Assembly (NCBI GenBank): GCA_046757165.1
Contig: JBHHXT010000034.1
Location: forward strand, 1-34,995
Direction of reading: 5' to 3'
Length of the DNA stretch: 34,995 nt
From: a bacterium
GTDB taxonomy: Bacteria; Zhuqueibacterota; Zhuqueibacteria; Oceanimicrobiales; Oceanimicrobiaceae
This document shows positions 15,501 through 24,318 of this stretch, piece by piece. The translations under genes and the position numbers were made by a program. Below the pieces are notes generated by a model that was not told the DNA's origin, did not search any database, and saw nothing but the letters and a program-made list of their open reading frames with translations. Each line of letters opens with the position of its first letter. Positions within the stretch are counted from its first letter, which is position 1.

Positions 15501-18037
15501 CCGTTGACCGCGCCGAATTCATGCGGGCCCACCAGTGTGGGGGCGCCGCTGGCCAGGTCGATGCGGACGATATTGCTGCTGCCGCCGCCGGTCGACCCGA
15601 ACAGCACGCCATCCTCTCTGAATTCAATCTCGGTCATCGAGCCCAATCCTGCCGTGGAGCCGATAGCGGTGCCGGCGCCCGAGCCCGGCTCCACCGTGAT
15701 CAACGTATTGTCGTTGCCGGTGGAGGCGAACAGCGTGCCAGGCCGGGGTGGCGGAACGCCCTCGCCGCTGAGTGCGACTTCAAGGACCGGTTCATCCTCG
15801 TCGTCGCTGGCGATCGCCACGGCGCCCGTGACCGGAGCCACGTCAGAGGGGGTGAACTGCGCCTGGAAAATAATCGAGGCTCCGGAGAGGATTTCGACAG
15901 GAAACGCCGGCAATCCGCTCACGCTGAATTCCCCGTCAGCGGCCGAAATATCTGAGATCGTCACCGTTTCCGTTCCGATGTTTTCAACCTTGATGTCAAC
16001 CGGCTGGCCGGGGATGCCGATCAAGGCCGGGCCAAAATCGATGGCGTCCGGACGCACCCGCAGCTGTCTTCCTTCCTCAAACGCGAAGCCGTTGTCAAAG
16101 AAATTCAGATAATTCGCCATCAGCTCGGCTCGGGTGGCAGTGGCGCCCTCCTCGAGCAACTGGCCAAATACAAAGGAGGTGCCGATGGTACGGCCGTTGC
16201 CGAGATCGGCGACGCCAAAGGGATTGGCCACGCCGACATCAAAAGCCGGGAAATTGTTTGAATGCACCACAAACGCCTGCTCTAATGGCCCGATGTGGTC
16301 CGGGAAATTGTCGGTGCCGGGGTTATGAATAAAGTCTTGTCCTTCAGCAAAGGCCGAGCCGACGATCACCTGTAACTCACCCCCCGGTGCGCCATCCTCG
16401 AACGCCTCGATGCCAAAAAGTGGCGAAAAATTGTGGCCGCCCACGAGTGGGTCAAAAAACCAGACGTCGCCACCTTCCATGTAGACTTTGCCGCCGCCGG
16501 CGATATACGTTTCTATTGCCAGGGCGCCGCCGCTGCTGGCTGGCACGACAAAGTTGGCCGGAAATTGCCCCAGCACCACGAACAAATAGTTGAAGTCCGC
16601 CAGGTTGGCTGGCAGCGTTGCACTGCGCTGATTGGTGACGCCAAGCTCGTTCAATGCCGCCTCGATTTCGTCGAGGCTGCGCGCTTTGGCCTGAAGCGCT
16701 GCTCGAGCTTCATCCAAAGTGATGGTTAGCCCGCGCTCTTTTGCTGCGCGCTCGACCAGCGTCTGTGCGGAGGTCACGCCCAGCGGGCTGAAGATCACCG
16801 CATCCGTGACCGGCAGCGGGTCGCCGACCAGGGAATTGAATATGATATCGATGTCCAGCACCGGCTCGCCATCGTCCGACAGAACCAGTGTGAAATCGGA
16901 CGGATCATCTGTGCCGGGATTGGCCGATTCGTCCGTGCCGTTGTAAAACTCCTCCGGGCCCGGAAATGGGAAAATCGGCCGCGTAGAAAAACCGCCAAGG
17001 AGGATCCGGTCGATCTCTATGCGGTATTCCCCCTTATCAACGAGACCACGGATGGTGTATAACCCCTGAAATGCCGCATTGCCACCAGGGAAGCCATGGA
17101 TGAAATCTCCCGTAATCGCCGAAACCGCATCCAGGAACGGATCGAGGTGGTTGCGCGCGATCACGTTGACGCCGTTGGCGAGGGTCTCGCTGTCTTCGAG
17201 AAACACGTGCCCGCTGATCGTTCCGGTGATGTCGAAGAAACCCGGTTCAGGATAGAGTGCAGAAAGGATCGCGATGTCATCGGCCAGGGGCGTGGTTCCC
17301 TGCCCATCGATGGAAAACGGATACATGATTTCAACCACCTCGGGAGTCGGGACGCCAAAGCCGGTGTCCTCCCCCAGTATCAGAGCCTGGCCATTGACAA
17401 CGGTATGCGCCAGACCGGAATAATGCCCGAACTCGTGCACCATGGTGCCGAACATCTGTTCGGGGTCCTCGAACTCGTTGTTGCCGGGATTGCCGTCCAG
17501 GAATTCGCCATTCAGGAAGCAAATCCCTTCAACATTGAGATGGTTGTCGACATCGAAGACATTGGGCGTGGCAAAGCCAATCACTCCCGAGCCCGGGCCG
17601 AAGAGCACGCTGAAAATCGAGCCGTCTTCGTCAAAGACGATCGGGCTCAGACCATCCGGTGCTTCTCCGGGCGGACCAAAGGAGCCAAAATCCAGCAGCG
17701 TAAAGAAGTTGTTGATGTCCACGTCGAACGCCATTTGGCCGGCGTTGGCGTAGGTGACCGCCGCCGTGGTGACATCTCCCCACCGCTGAAAGGCCTCTTC
17801 GGTTTTGACGACAGCCGTGTCATTGTCCCAGCCGAAAGGCAGGATTCCCAGACCGCCCTGGTCCGGATTGAAGGGTACAGGCTGCGTGACATCCCAGACA
17901 AACGCTTCGCCAGTCCCCGGATCCGCATTGAGCGGCCCGCCCGCATGGGCCGGAATCGCCAGCAGGAGCAGGCAAACGGCCAGCCAGGACCATCCGCGCA
18001 ACAATCGATTATTGCTTTTCATTTTACGTTTCCCCAT
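12587..18037 (-). CDS. Secreted multidomain metzincin (matrixin-like) zinc metalloprotease with beta-propeller, Ig/ASH-like, cohesin-dockerin-cohesin and T9SS-type C-terminal domains
   Basis: Signal peptide (PAHA-G); HEFGHYSGLAH zinc motif (HExxHxxGxxH, 17405-17437) with IMYP Met-turn; carboxypeptidase-regulatory-like GTISGHV domain; choice-of-anchor-D-like Ig; about five (L/I)(E/A)FxxDGxL(F/Y)G propeller blades; dockerin GDINGDGVVNSTD...GDVNQDGETNATD between two cohesins; QNYPNPFNPET tail. Confidence 0.88.
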   Translation of the reverse strand: MGKRKMKSNNRLLRGWSWLAVCLLLLAIPAHAGGPLNADPGTGEAFVWDVTQPVPFNPDQGGLGILPFGWDNDTAVVKTEEAFQRWGDVTTAAVTYANAGQMAFDVDINNFFTLLDFGSFGPPGEAPDGLSPIVFDEDGSIFSVLFGPGSGVIGFATPNVFDVDNHLNVEGICFLNGEFLDGNPGNNEFEDPEQMFGTMVHEFGHYSGLAHTVVNGQALILGEDTGFGVPTPEVVEIMYPFSIDGQGTTPLADDIAILSALYPEPGFFDITGTISGHVFLEDSETLANGVNVIARNHLDPFLDAVSAITGDFIHGFPGGNAAFQGLYTIRGLVDKGEYRIEIDRILLGGFSTRPIFPFPGPEEFYNGTDESANPGTDDPSDFTLVLSDDGEPVLDIDIIFNSLVGDPLPVTDAVIFSPLGVTSAQTLVERAAKERGLTITLDEARAALQAKARSLDEIEAALNELGVTNQRSATLPANLADFNYLFVVLGQFPANFVVPASSGGALAIETYIAGGGKVYMEGGDVWFFDPLVGGHNFSPLFGIEAFEDGAPGGELQVIVGSAFAEGQDFIHNPGTDNFPDHIGPLEQAFVVHSNNFPAFDVGVANPFGVADLGNGRTIGTSFVFGQLLEEGATATRAELMANYLNFFDNGFAFEEGRQLRVRPDAIDFGPALIGIPGQPVDIKVENIGTETVTISDISAADGEFSVSGLPAFPVEILSGASIIFQAQFTPSDVAPVTGAVAIASDDEDEPVLEVALSGEGVPPPRPGTLFASTGNDNTLITVEPGSGAGTAIGSTAGLGSMTEIEFREDGVLFGSTGGGSSNIVRIDLASGAPTLVGPHEFGAVNGLEFADDGTLFGTHITGPGAPSQLVTVNTETGELTFIGPTGFSNIGGLAFAPDGTLYGGTSGPAGGTLVTIDPATGAGELVGPVGFSDIAALEFGPDGVLYGGLGGGGGNPFAGSLVTIDPASGEGTLVGESGFRVLSGLAFFPGELPCPGILVEPSLLTFRVQQGETDSGILTISNATSGDCELDLEWSLTEEEVTLLAADGSEIPVSLRKRVKAAEAGQFGALYKLIQTSDSPYGVMRPEERLVSRSEKTAITTQACPWLSADPTSGVLAPLTSQEVEIIVDASALQPGEFRCNLIIDSNDPETPQATVPVLLRVSGPTFCENGSFETGDFSSWTTQDMSSPFFPLSVEGAGITPGFGFFSSEPTDGDFAAIHGFDGDGPGTIRIAQDVTVPPSALFLEFDYRAAWDLLTFGATQDRTFEVNIEPAGGGTPLHTELILTAVSGTQEMDTGPQTGVVDMSPFAGQDVRISFDWHIPETFSGPGFFQLDNVICNFISSPPVVATVNCPMIPEGCPFDVEVTVDMSGSPPPDDLLGSFSSILTWDPDRLDFVGAELGSDFGGVINDENAATGELRFNGAKAEGAGGNVVILVATFQPHGLQGDAGGIELDFSAMAAAVTFRDLLPGLIIHGCDFVIGEPLLLGDINGDGVVNSTDALICLSFDIGLPLPPEFEELINAGLGDVNQDGETNATDCLIMLSFDAGMEVPFPVGEPACPITSNGQPLASRILPKVGANGTNLILASAVPEGGQIPPATTIEVPVMVDITLLEEDLGSYSATLAWNPAVLTFLGYSGGSGTGFDHPMVNVSEAGEGKLSFASANPAGANGAVNLLNVQFKVVGETGASSALSLEFRSLAASRTFADLLPLLTLDSENLQVAAIPTTYALGQNYPNPFNPETTINYELPEGGLVRIMVYNLLGQRVRTLFDETQPAGTYAIKWDGKNNDGQIVPSGVYILRMKSGDFVADRKMVLLK

Positions 18038-18151
18038 TTAGGTTCAAATGATTTGCTTGTGGCAGAATTTGCGCTCCGCACCTGGCACCTCACGGTCACA
18101 TGTTTTACACTTCTGCCGTTCACGTTTCATCTCTGCTACAGCACATCATGA

Positions 18152-18784
18152 TTACTGTGCGAGCTTCCTGACAAGATCCACGAATGTCTGATAGTCTAGC
18201 GGACCTTTGTTGACATGCAACAATTCGAGCTCGGCCCGGCTGAGATTTTGCACGCCTGGCAGATCTTTGGCGGTCATGTTCTTGAACAATCCCGCATTGT
18301 CGCTGCCGTTTACGACCATTCTTCGGCCGGTTTTCGGGTCGGCGTAGATTCGGAAGCTGCCCTGGAACAGACCCATGGGAGCGGTGAGCTGCAGAGTGCT
18401 TTCCTGATTCAGGAAGAGCAGGATTTCATCTGAACGTTGATAACGAGGCATGCCTGGCACTTCAAACTTATAGCCGTATTTGCCCCGGACTTTCATCTCG
18501 GGTGAACCGACATAACGGAACGTTACGGTTTCTGCTTCTCCGCCGCGAATTCGGTCCTGAATCATGACGGTGTAGATGGTACAGGGAATGGTTCCTCCTC
18601 CTGGCACCGAGATGGTGCTTTCCTGGACATTGACGACCTCGCCGGAGAAAATCTTGTCGGCCCGGCTGACGAGCTCCAGCAGGTTCATGTGTTTCACCTT
18701 GGCTGCAAGCAGCAAGGAGCTCACGGTCAATGCGGAGAGCAGAATCACAGTCAGGCGAAGCATCTTCTTGCTTGACGTTTTCAT
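18152..18784 (-). CDS. Secreted hypothetical protein resembling the N-terminal (pro)domain of bacterial matrixin-like proteases
   Basis: AGGAGG RBS and signal peptide; L.ELV..AD.IF.G.V...VPGMP.Y....E.LLFL...GL.QG.F pattern; directly upstream of and co-oriented with the protease. Confidence 0.75.
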   Translation of the reverse strand: MKTSSKKMLRLTVILLSALTVSSLLLAAKVKHMNLLELVSRADKIFSGEVVNVQESTISVPGGGTIPCTIYTVMIQDRIRGGEAETVTFRYVGSPEMKVRGKYGYKFEVPGMPRYQRSDEILLFLNQESTLQLTAPMGLFQGSFRIYADPKTGRRMVVNGSDNAGLFKNMTAKDLPGVQNLSRAELELLHVNKGPLDYQTFVDLVRKLAQ

Positions 18785-19530
18785 TTTGGTTTCCTCCTAC
18801 AAATGGGTTGGGCAGAGCGATATTGGCTATCGTGGCTCTGAAATGGACTGGTCCTACACAAAATAGTGAATGAAACTCCAGTTCGTAAAGACTTCGCTGT
18901 CTTTTCGCCTTTTCGTCGTGAGAAGAAATAGCAGCCTACGTCTTTCTTTGAGAAAAAGAAGCGAATGCCGGAGCTGATCATTCTGGGAAGATTCAAGGGG
19001 GCAAGTATCTGCTATACCCCATGAGAGACTTGGGCTGACAGCGAAAGAAACGGAGCGAATGGATGACGTGTTGCCCGTCCAAGATGACACCTCCTGGATG
19101 TCGGAAATGACGCAAGGCTTGGTTACATGCTATGCTGCGATGCCATTTGCTGACCATTTAGTTTGCTTAAAAGGATCTGGTTCGCACCTGACTGCTGAAG
19201 AACTGCCACACATCACGCTGGGAGACTACTCCTTTTTTGTGTTTGTGGTGTCATTCGGCCGCACGGCCATGGTGCTAAGGGCTCCAGATAATATAGAGGC
19301 ATTAAGCGATATTGTCAACAACTATTTCAAGATATTCTGGCCTTTTTCACGCCGGGCCTCAGTCGAGTATTACAACAAAGAGTTTGCAGAAAAATGCAAA
19401 AGGATCACAATGAACAGATCCCAGGTTTCAAATAAATCACAATCGCCAAATCCGAACTTCTTTGGTTGCTCACCCTTTTCTCATTGCAGTTTCATGATGG
19501 AGATCAGCGATTTGGCCCGGTTGTTTTCGC

Positions 19531-19559
19531 TTGACATTTTACCAAAATGTGGTTATATT
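19531..19559 (+). promoter_or_regulatory. Sigma70 promoter of the cytochrome b operon with overlapping palindromic operator
   Basis: TTGACA (19531-36), 17-nt spacer, TATATT (19554-59); perfect inverted repeat ACATTTT-acc-AAAATGT at 19534-19550. Confidence 0.75.
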
Positions 19560-19631
19560 CTGCACATTTTGATGGCGACCATTCCGAGTACTTATCATAC
19601 CTTATCTACCTATTAGGGCAAAGGAGACACG

Positions 19632-20405
19632 ATGCAAGCCTTTATGAACAAAATGAAGGATAGTGTTACGAAGTCGCAAGTCTGGAAGTCGATGTTTCGT
19701 CACAGCTACGAAGACACCCCGCGGAATCGGTACCTGCAGGTTCTGGACAACATTTGGCTGCACCTGCATCCGACGCGGATTCCTCGCCACGGGGCCTACA
19801 TCCGGTTTACCTGGTGCATGGGCGGCATCACCTTTCTCCTGTTCCTGGTCACGGCGGTCACTGGCGTTCTTTTGATGTTTTATTATCGGCCGACTGCGGA
19901 GTATGCGTTCAGCGACATGAAATATCTTGAATTTGACGTTCCGTTCGGGATGTTTCTGCGCAACATGCACCGTTGGGCGGCACACGGAATGGTGATCACG
20001 GTGTGGCTCCATATGTTCCGGGTCTTCTTGACCGGTTCCTACAAGCCACCGCGCGAATTCAACTGGGTGGTGGGCGTTATCCTCTTGACCACGACCTTGT
20101 TGCTAAGCTTTACCGGCTACCTGCTGCCCTGGGACCAGCTTTCTATTTGGGCGGTGACAGTGGGAACGAACATGGCGCGCGCAACGCCACTTCTGGGACA
20201 CGAAGGACCGTTTGGGCCCGAGTTGGGGATGCGACCGGACAACGATATCCGTTTTGTGCTTCTGGGAGGAACCCAGGTAGGGCCGCCGACTCTCCTGCGT
20301 TTTTACGTTCTGCACTGCATTTTCTTCCCGATATTTCTGTGTATCTTTATCGCGGTTCATTTCTGGCGTGTGAGGAAAGACGGTGGCATCTCCGGACCCC
20401 TGTAA
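19632..20405 (+). CDS. petB: Cytochrome b6-type N-terminal subunit of a Rieske/cytochrome b complex (menaquinol:cytochrome c reductase cytochrome b)
   Basis: WCMGGITF (heme ci Cys position), RNMHRWAAH...[27 protein letters not shown]...VHF, ends GISGPL; AAGGAG RBS. Confidence 0.93.
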   Translation: MQAFMNKMKDSVTKSQVWKSMFRHSYEDTPRNRYLQVLDNIWLHLHPTRIPRHGAYIRFTWCMGGITFLLFLVTAVTGVLLMFYYRPTAEYAFSDMKYLEFDVPFGMFLRNMHRWAAHGMVITVWLHMFRVFLTGSYKPPREFNWVVGVILLTTTLLLSFTGYLLPWDQLSIWAVTVGTNMARATPLLGHEGPFGPELGMRPDNDIRFVLLGGTQVGPPTLLRFYVLHCIFFPIFLCIFIAVHFWRVRKDGGISGPL

Positions 20406-20666
20406 TTGGGTGGCGGGCCGTGCCGCACAATCTCCGCCTTTGTCTGAATCTGACTCCAACATCCATGGCCTCCAGGGACGGCCAGTTTGGGGGGACACGT
20501 GCGCGCATGAGGAAGCCAGGGCGACGAGACAGGTTCTCACCACGACGACGCCATGCTTCCCATGTTGACCTTCAATCGATTTATCACGCGAGCGTGACGG
20601 AGCGGCCGGACGAGCGGTGCGAGGAGGGCGCTCGAACCGTATGACAACAAAAAAGATAGGAGCGTT

Positions 20667-21545
20667 ATGGAAAATCTAACCTTAATTCTCAGCAAGTCGG
20701 ATAATGTCCCCATCGTGATGATGGTCTTCCTGGTTGGGTTCTTCACGTGGCTCTGGTGGCGTGAGGCAAAGAAAAACGATACGCTGATCGGCGATGGCCG
20801 GTACAGCGAGCTGCAGGCCGAGGGCAAGGACCGAATCTTCACCTGGCCCTATCTCACTCGTAACGAGTTCTTAGCGTCGATTCTCATCATGGTTATTCTC
20901 ACCGTCTGGTCGGTTGGCCTCGATGCACCGCTCGAGGAACCGGCCAATCCCACCAAAACACCGAACCCTTCCAAAGCGCCCTGGTATTTCCTTGGGCTGC
21001 AGGAGATGCTGGTTTATTTCGACCCCTGGATCGCCGGCGTCGTTTTTCCGACTTTGATCATCGTCGGACTGATGGCCATCCCCTACATTGACAGGAATCC
21101 CAAAGGCAATGGCTATTACACCTGGCAAGAACGAAAATTTGCGATTACGCTTTTTCTGTTTGGTTTCTTTGTCTTGTGGATCGTCCTGATCTTTGTCGGC
21201 ACGTTCTTGCGTGGGCCGGGCTGGAACTTTTTTGCACCCTGGGAAAGATGGGATCCGCACAAGGTTGTGGCCATGACCAACGTGGACCTGCATCAATACT
21301 TCGGCATTCGCAGCTCAGTTGGCGCGTTTTTCTTTGGCGGCACGGTTGTGCTCGCCTATTTTTCGCTCGGTGTGATCTATTATTATTGGAAGAGACGCGG
21401 CGAGCTGATACAAAAGCTCGGGGCTGCGCGCTATGGCGTATTAGCCTTCCTGTTCCTGTGTATGATGGGCCTGCCCATCAAGATGATTCTCAGATGGACC
21501 CTCAATATCAAGTATGTTTGGGTCACGCCGTGGTTCAATATCTAA
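20667..21545 (+). CDS. petD: Cytochrome b6 subunit IV-like (cytochrome b C-terminal) protein with extra TM helices
   Basis: WP....E, APLEEPANPTKTPNPSKAPWYFLGLQE (Qo motif APWY), IPYIDRNP, GTFLRGPGWNF; AGGAG RBS. Confidence 0.85.
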   Translation: MENLTLILSKSDNVPIVMMVFLVGFFTWLWWREAKKNDTLIGDGRYSELQAEGKDRIFTWPYLTRNEFLASILIMVILTVWSVGLDAPLEEPANPTKTPNPSKAPWYFLGLQEMLVYFDPWIAGVVFPTLIIVGLMAIPYIDRNPKGNGYYTWQERKFAITLFLFGFFVLWIVLIFVGTFLRGPGWNFFAPWERWDPHKVVAMTNVDLHQYFGIRSSVGAFFFGGTVVLAYFSLGVIYYYWKRRGELIQKLGAARYGVLAFLFLCMMGLPIKMILRWTLNIKYVWVTPWFNI

Positions 21546-21608
21546 CATGGTGAGCGTCGGAGAGGGTATTACACAACATCCCCCCACGTTCAACCGAGTT
21601 GAAAGTTC

Positions 21609-24272
21609 ATGTCCATAAAACAGAAGGAGGACCCCTTGCCGAAGCGATCCGAAATCCCTCTGGAGGAGAGAAACTACGGTCATCTCTACCTGCTCCTGGC
21701 TGGATTGCTCGCCCTTTCCACGTTCTGGGCAATCTGGGATATGATTCGCGCACGCGCTCCGTGGCAGCGGTATCAGATGGAGCTCAACGTTCAGGAGTAT
21801 GCCAAGGTGCAAGAAAAACTCGCCGCTGAAGAGCAAGAGTTTGACCAGGCGTATAGTGAACAGTATCCCTCGCTTCTCGCGCAGCTAGAAGAAGCGCGGG
21901 CCAAACTCGAAGGCGAGGCGTACCAGACAACGATAGCGGAATTGGCCCTGGCCGATGAGCGCGTTCAGGATGCGATGCAGGAGTACCGATTCGCCAAGAG
22001 TGAATATGATGCCCTTTGGTATCTATATAAACATGCCGAGCATGAGGGGGACGAGGGCGAAATGCAGAAGCTCCGCCCCGAAGTCGAATCGCTCACTGCG
22101 GCAGTTGCGGCACTCAAGCAAAAGTGGGACGCGGCAGAGGTGGCTCGAAACGAGGTCGAGACCCGTCTGGATGCCCAACGGGCCCGGGTGGACAGCTTGC
22201 AGACAGCGATTATTACCCTGCGCAAGCCCATCACTGAAATCAGAGACCGGCTCGAACGCATCGCTGACCGCAAAATCAAGATAGAGCAATTCGTACTGGC
22301 GGATTTTGTCAGAGGAAATTTCGAGAGCTTCCTCGACCAGGTCGACCGCTGCACCAGTTGCCACGTCAATGCGGACAAAGGGGGATACGATGATTATGAC
22401 CTGCCGTTCAAGACGCACCCGAAGCGTGATCCCCTTTTTAAGATTCATCCGATTAACAGGTTTGGCTGTACCCCCTGTCACGAGGGCCAGGGCCAGGCCT
22501 TGCGCCTGCCATACGCGCATGGCAAGGTAGCCTACTGGGAGCATCCCATGCTGGACAAAAGCCTGCTGGAAGCAGGGTGCAACAAATGCCACAAGAACGA
22601 AATGAAAGTCGAGCATGCGCCCAACCTGACACGGGCAAAGCACATGCTGTTCGATCTGGGATGCTATGGTTGCCATGACATTGCCGGGTTTGAAAAAGCG
22701 CGCAAAATCGGGCCGCCGCTCAATGCCATCACCAGGAAGACCACTCCGGCGTTTATCTATCGCTGGGTCAAGAACACCACGGCATTCCGGCAGCACACGC
22801 GAATGCCCAATCCCGAGTTTACTGACGAAGAAGCTATCGCGGTCGCAGCTTATCTTAACGATATCAGCAAGAGCAGCGATTACCAGGCTCCGAAAGCCCC
22901 CCGCGGGGGTTCCGCCGAAAGAGGGGAGAAGCTGGTCGAAAGTATTGGCTGTAAAGGATGCCACGTCGTCACAGAGGAGGACCGCGAGGTTCGGGTGACA
23001 GATGTTTCCTACGATATCGCACCGGAACTGACCAGGATCGGTAGCAAGGTCAGCCGGGACTGGCTGTACGCCTGGATCAAGAACCCCAAACAGTACTATC
23101 CCAGCACGTCCATGCCACGCCTGCGCCTGACCGACGACGAGGCCCTGGATATCGTGGCCTACCTGATGGCGCGCAAAGAATCCAATACGCCCGCCAACAA
23201 CATCAGCGACGCCAGCCTGAACTCTCCGGAGCTGATAGCCGAAGGCAAGAGGATTATTCGCAACTTCGGTTGCCATGGGTGCCACGATATCAAAGGGATG
23301 GAGACGGAAGGCAAGGTCAGTGTTTCTCTCAACGAATTCGGCGGTAAGACGCATGATGAGCTTTTCTTCGGCGACGCCCTCGCCAGAGGGGAGGTCAAGG
23401 CGGAAACCTGGGATGAGTGGACTTTGGGCAAAATGCGCAACTCGAGGCTCTATGCCACCGAGGTCGTCGTTCAGCGCATGCCGAACTTTGCTTTCGGCAA
23501 GGAAGATGCCCGCACCATGGCCATGCTGTTGAAAAGCTGGGATGGGCGCGTGATCGGCAAACGCTATCTCCATGATACCGGTCGTCTTGGCGAAGCGATC
23601 GAGAAAGGCAGAAGGCTGGTCAGACAGTACAACTGCATCGGCTGCCACATCATCGAAGGTGAAGGCGGGTTCATTCGCCCGACCATTGTCGAGGCGTTCA
23701 AGAAGCAGGGCCGTTCTGAGGATGAAGCGTTGTCCTTTTCGCCGCCCGACCTGATTGCCGAGGGCCGCAAAGTGCAGCCCGACTGGTTGTTCAACTTTTT
23801 GAAGAACCCGGCGTCCAAAATCCGCCCGTGGCTGAGTGTACGCATGCCGACTTTTGACTTCACCGATGAAGAAGTCAACGTCCTGATCGAGTACTTCCAG
23901 GCGCTGGACGGTCTGAGCGAACCCTTCCAGGAGATCGACATCGAGCTGACGGTGACCGAAATGCGCGCGGCCGAAGAGCTGTTCTCGCCTGACCTGTTGA
24001 GCTGCTTTAGCTGTCATCAGGTGGGTGACAAGAAACCTGAAGGCCCGCCCTCCGGCTGGGCGCCTGATTTTCTCCTGGCGCCAGACCGACTCAATCCGGA
24101 CTGGGTCTTCGATTGGATTGCCGACCCGCAGTCCTTGCAGCCGGGAACACGCATGCCGAGCTTCTATCCGGACGCTGCCCCGCCTGACATCCTGGACGGC
24201 AATCCAGATAAGCAGGTCGAAGCGTTGCGGGACTACCTGATGAGCATTCGTCGTTTCGCAAACAAGCTTTAG
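21609..24272 (+). CDS. Membrane-anchored octaheme c-type cytochrome with long coiled-coil segment
   Basis: One N-terminal TM helix, ~170-aa E/A/K/L-rich helical segment, eight CxxCH motifs (CTSCH, CTPCH, CNKCH, CYGCH, CKGCH, CHGCH, CIGCH, CFSCH), and repeated W...P...(R/S)MP axial-Met motifs. Confidence 0.92.
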   Translation: MSIKQKEDPLPKRSEIPLEERNYGHLYLLLAGLLALSTFWAIWDMIRARAPWQRYQMELNVQEYAKVQEKLAAEEQEFDQAYSEQYPSLLAQLEEARAKLEGEAYQTTIAELALADERVQDAMQEYRFAKSEYDALWYLYKHAEHEGDEGEMQKLRPEVESLTAAVAALKQKWDAAEVARNEVETRLDAQRARVDSLQTAIITLRKPITEIRDRLERIADRKIKIEQFVLADFVRGNFESFLDQVDRCTSCHVNADKGGYDDYDLPFKTHPKRDPLFKIHPINRFGCTPCHEGQGQALRLPYAHGKVAYWEHPMLDKSLLEAGCNKCHKNEMKVEHAPNLTRAKHMLFDLGCYGCHDIAGFEKARKIGPPLNAITRKTTPAFIYRWVKNTTAFRQHTRMPNPEFTDEEAIAVAAYLNDISKSSDYQAPKAPRGGSAERGEKLVESIGCKGCHVVTEEDREVRVTDVSYDIAPELTRIGSKVSRDWLYAWIKNPKQYYPSTSMPRLRLTDDEALDIVAYLMARKESNTPANNISDASLNSPELIAEGKRIIRNFGCHGCHDIKGMETEGKVSVSLNEFGGKTHDELFFGDALARGEVKAETWDEWTLGKMRNSRLYATEVVVQRMPNFAFGKEDARTMAMLLKSWDGRVIGKRYLHDTGRLGEAIEKGRRLVRQYNCIGCHIIEGEGGFIRPTIVEAFKKQGRSEDEALSFSPPDLIAEGRKVQPDWLFNFLKNPASKIRPWLSVRMPTFDFTDEEVNVLIEYFQALDGLSEPFQEIDIELTVTEMRAAEELFSPDLLSCFSCHQVGDKKPEGPPSGWAPDFLLAPDRLNPDWVFDWIADPQSLQPGTRMPSFYPDAAPPDILDGNPDKQVEALRDYLMSIRRFANKL

Positions 24273-24318
24273 TTTTCATGTTTTGAATCTAACCTTTAAC
24301 AAAATTCAGGAGGAAATC

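Noticed and set aside
17096..18151. 351-aa plus-strand ORF, and similar ORFs at 9423-10364, 13616-14317 and 15339-16112
   Set aside because: Antisense shadows of well-supported large CDSs
19059..19616. 185-aa ORF upstream of petB considered as a Rieske gene or remnant
   Set aside because: No CxH/CxxH Rieske boxes or Tat signal, atypical composition, and it overlaps the petB promoter
22023..24017. 664-aa ORF on the minus strand
   Set aside because: Lies entirely antisense to the octaheme cytochrome and has no recognisable motifs; a typical shadow ORF of GC-rich codon usage
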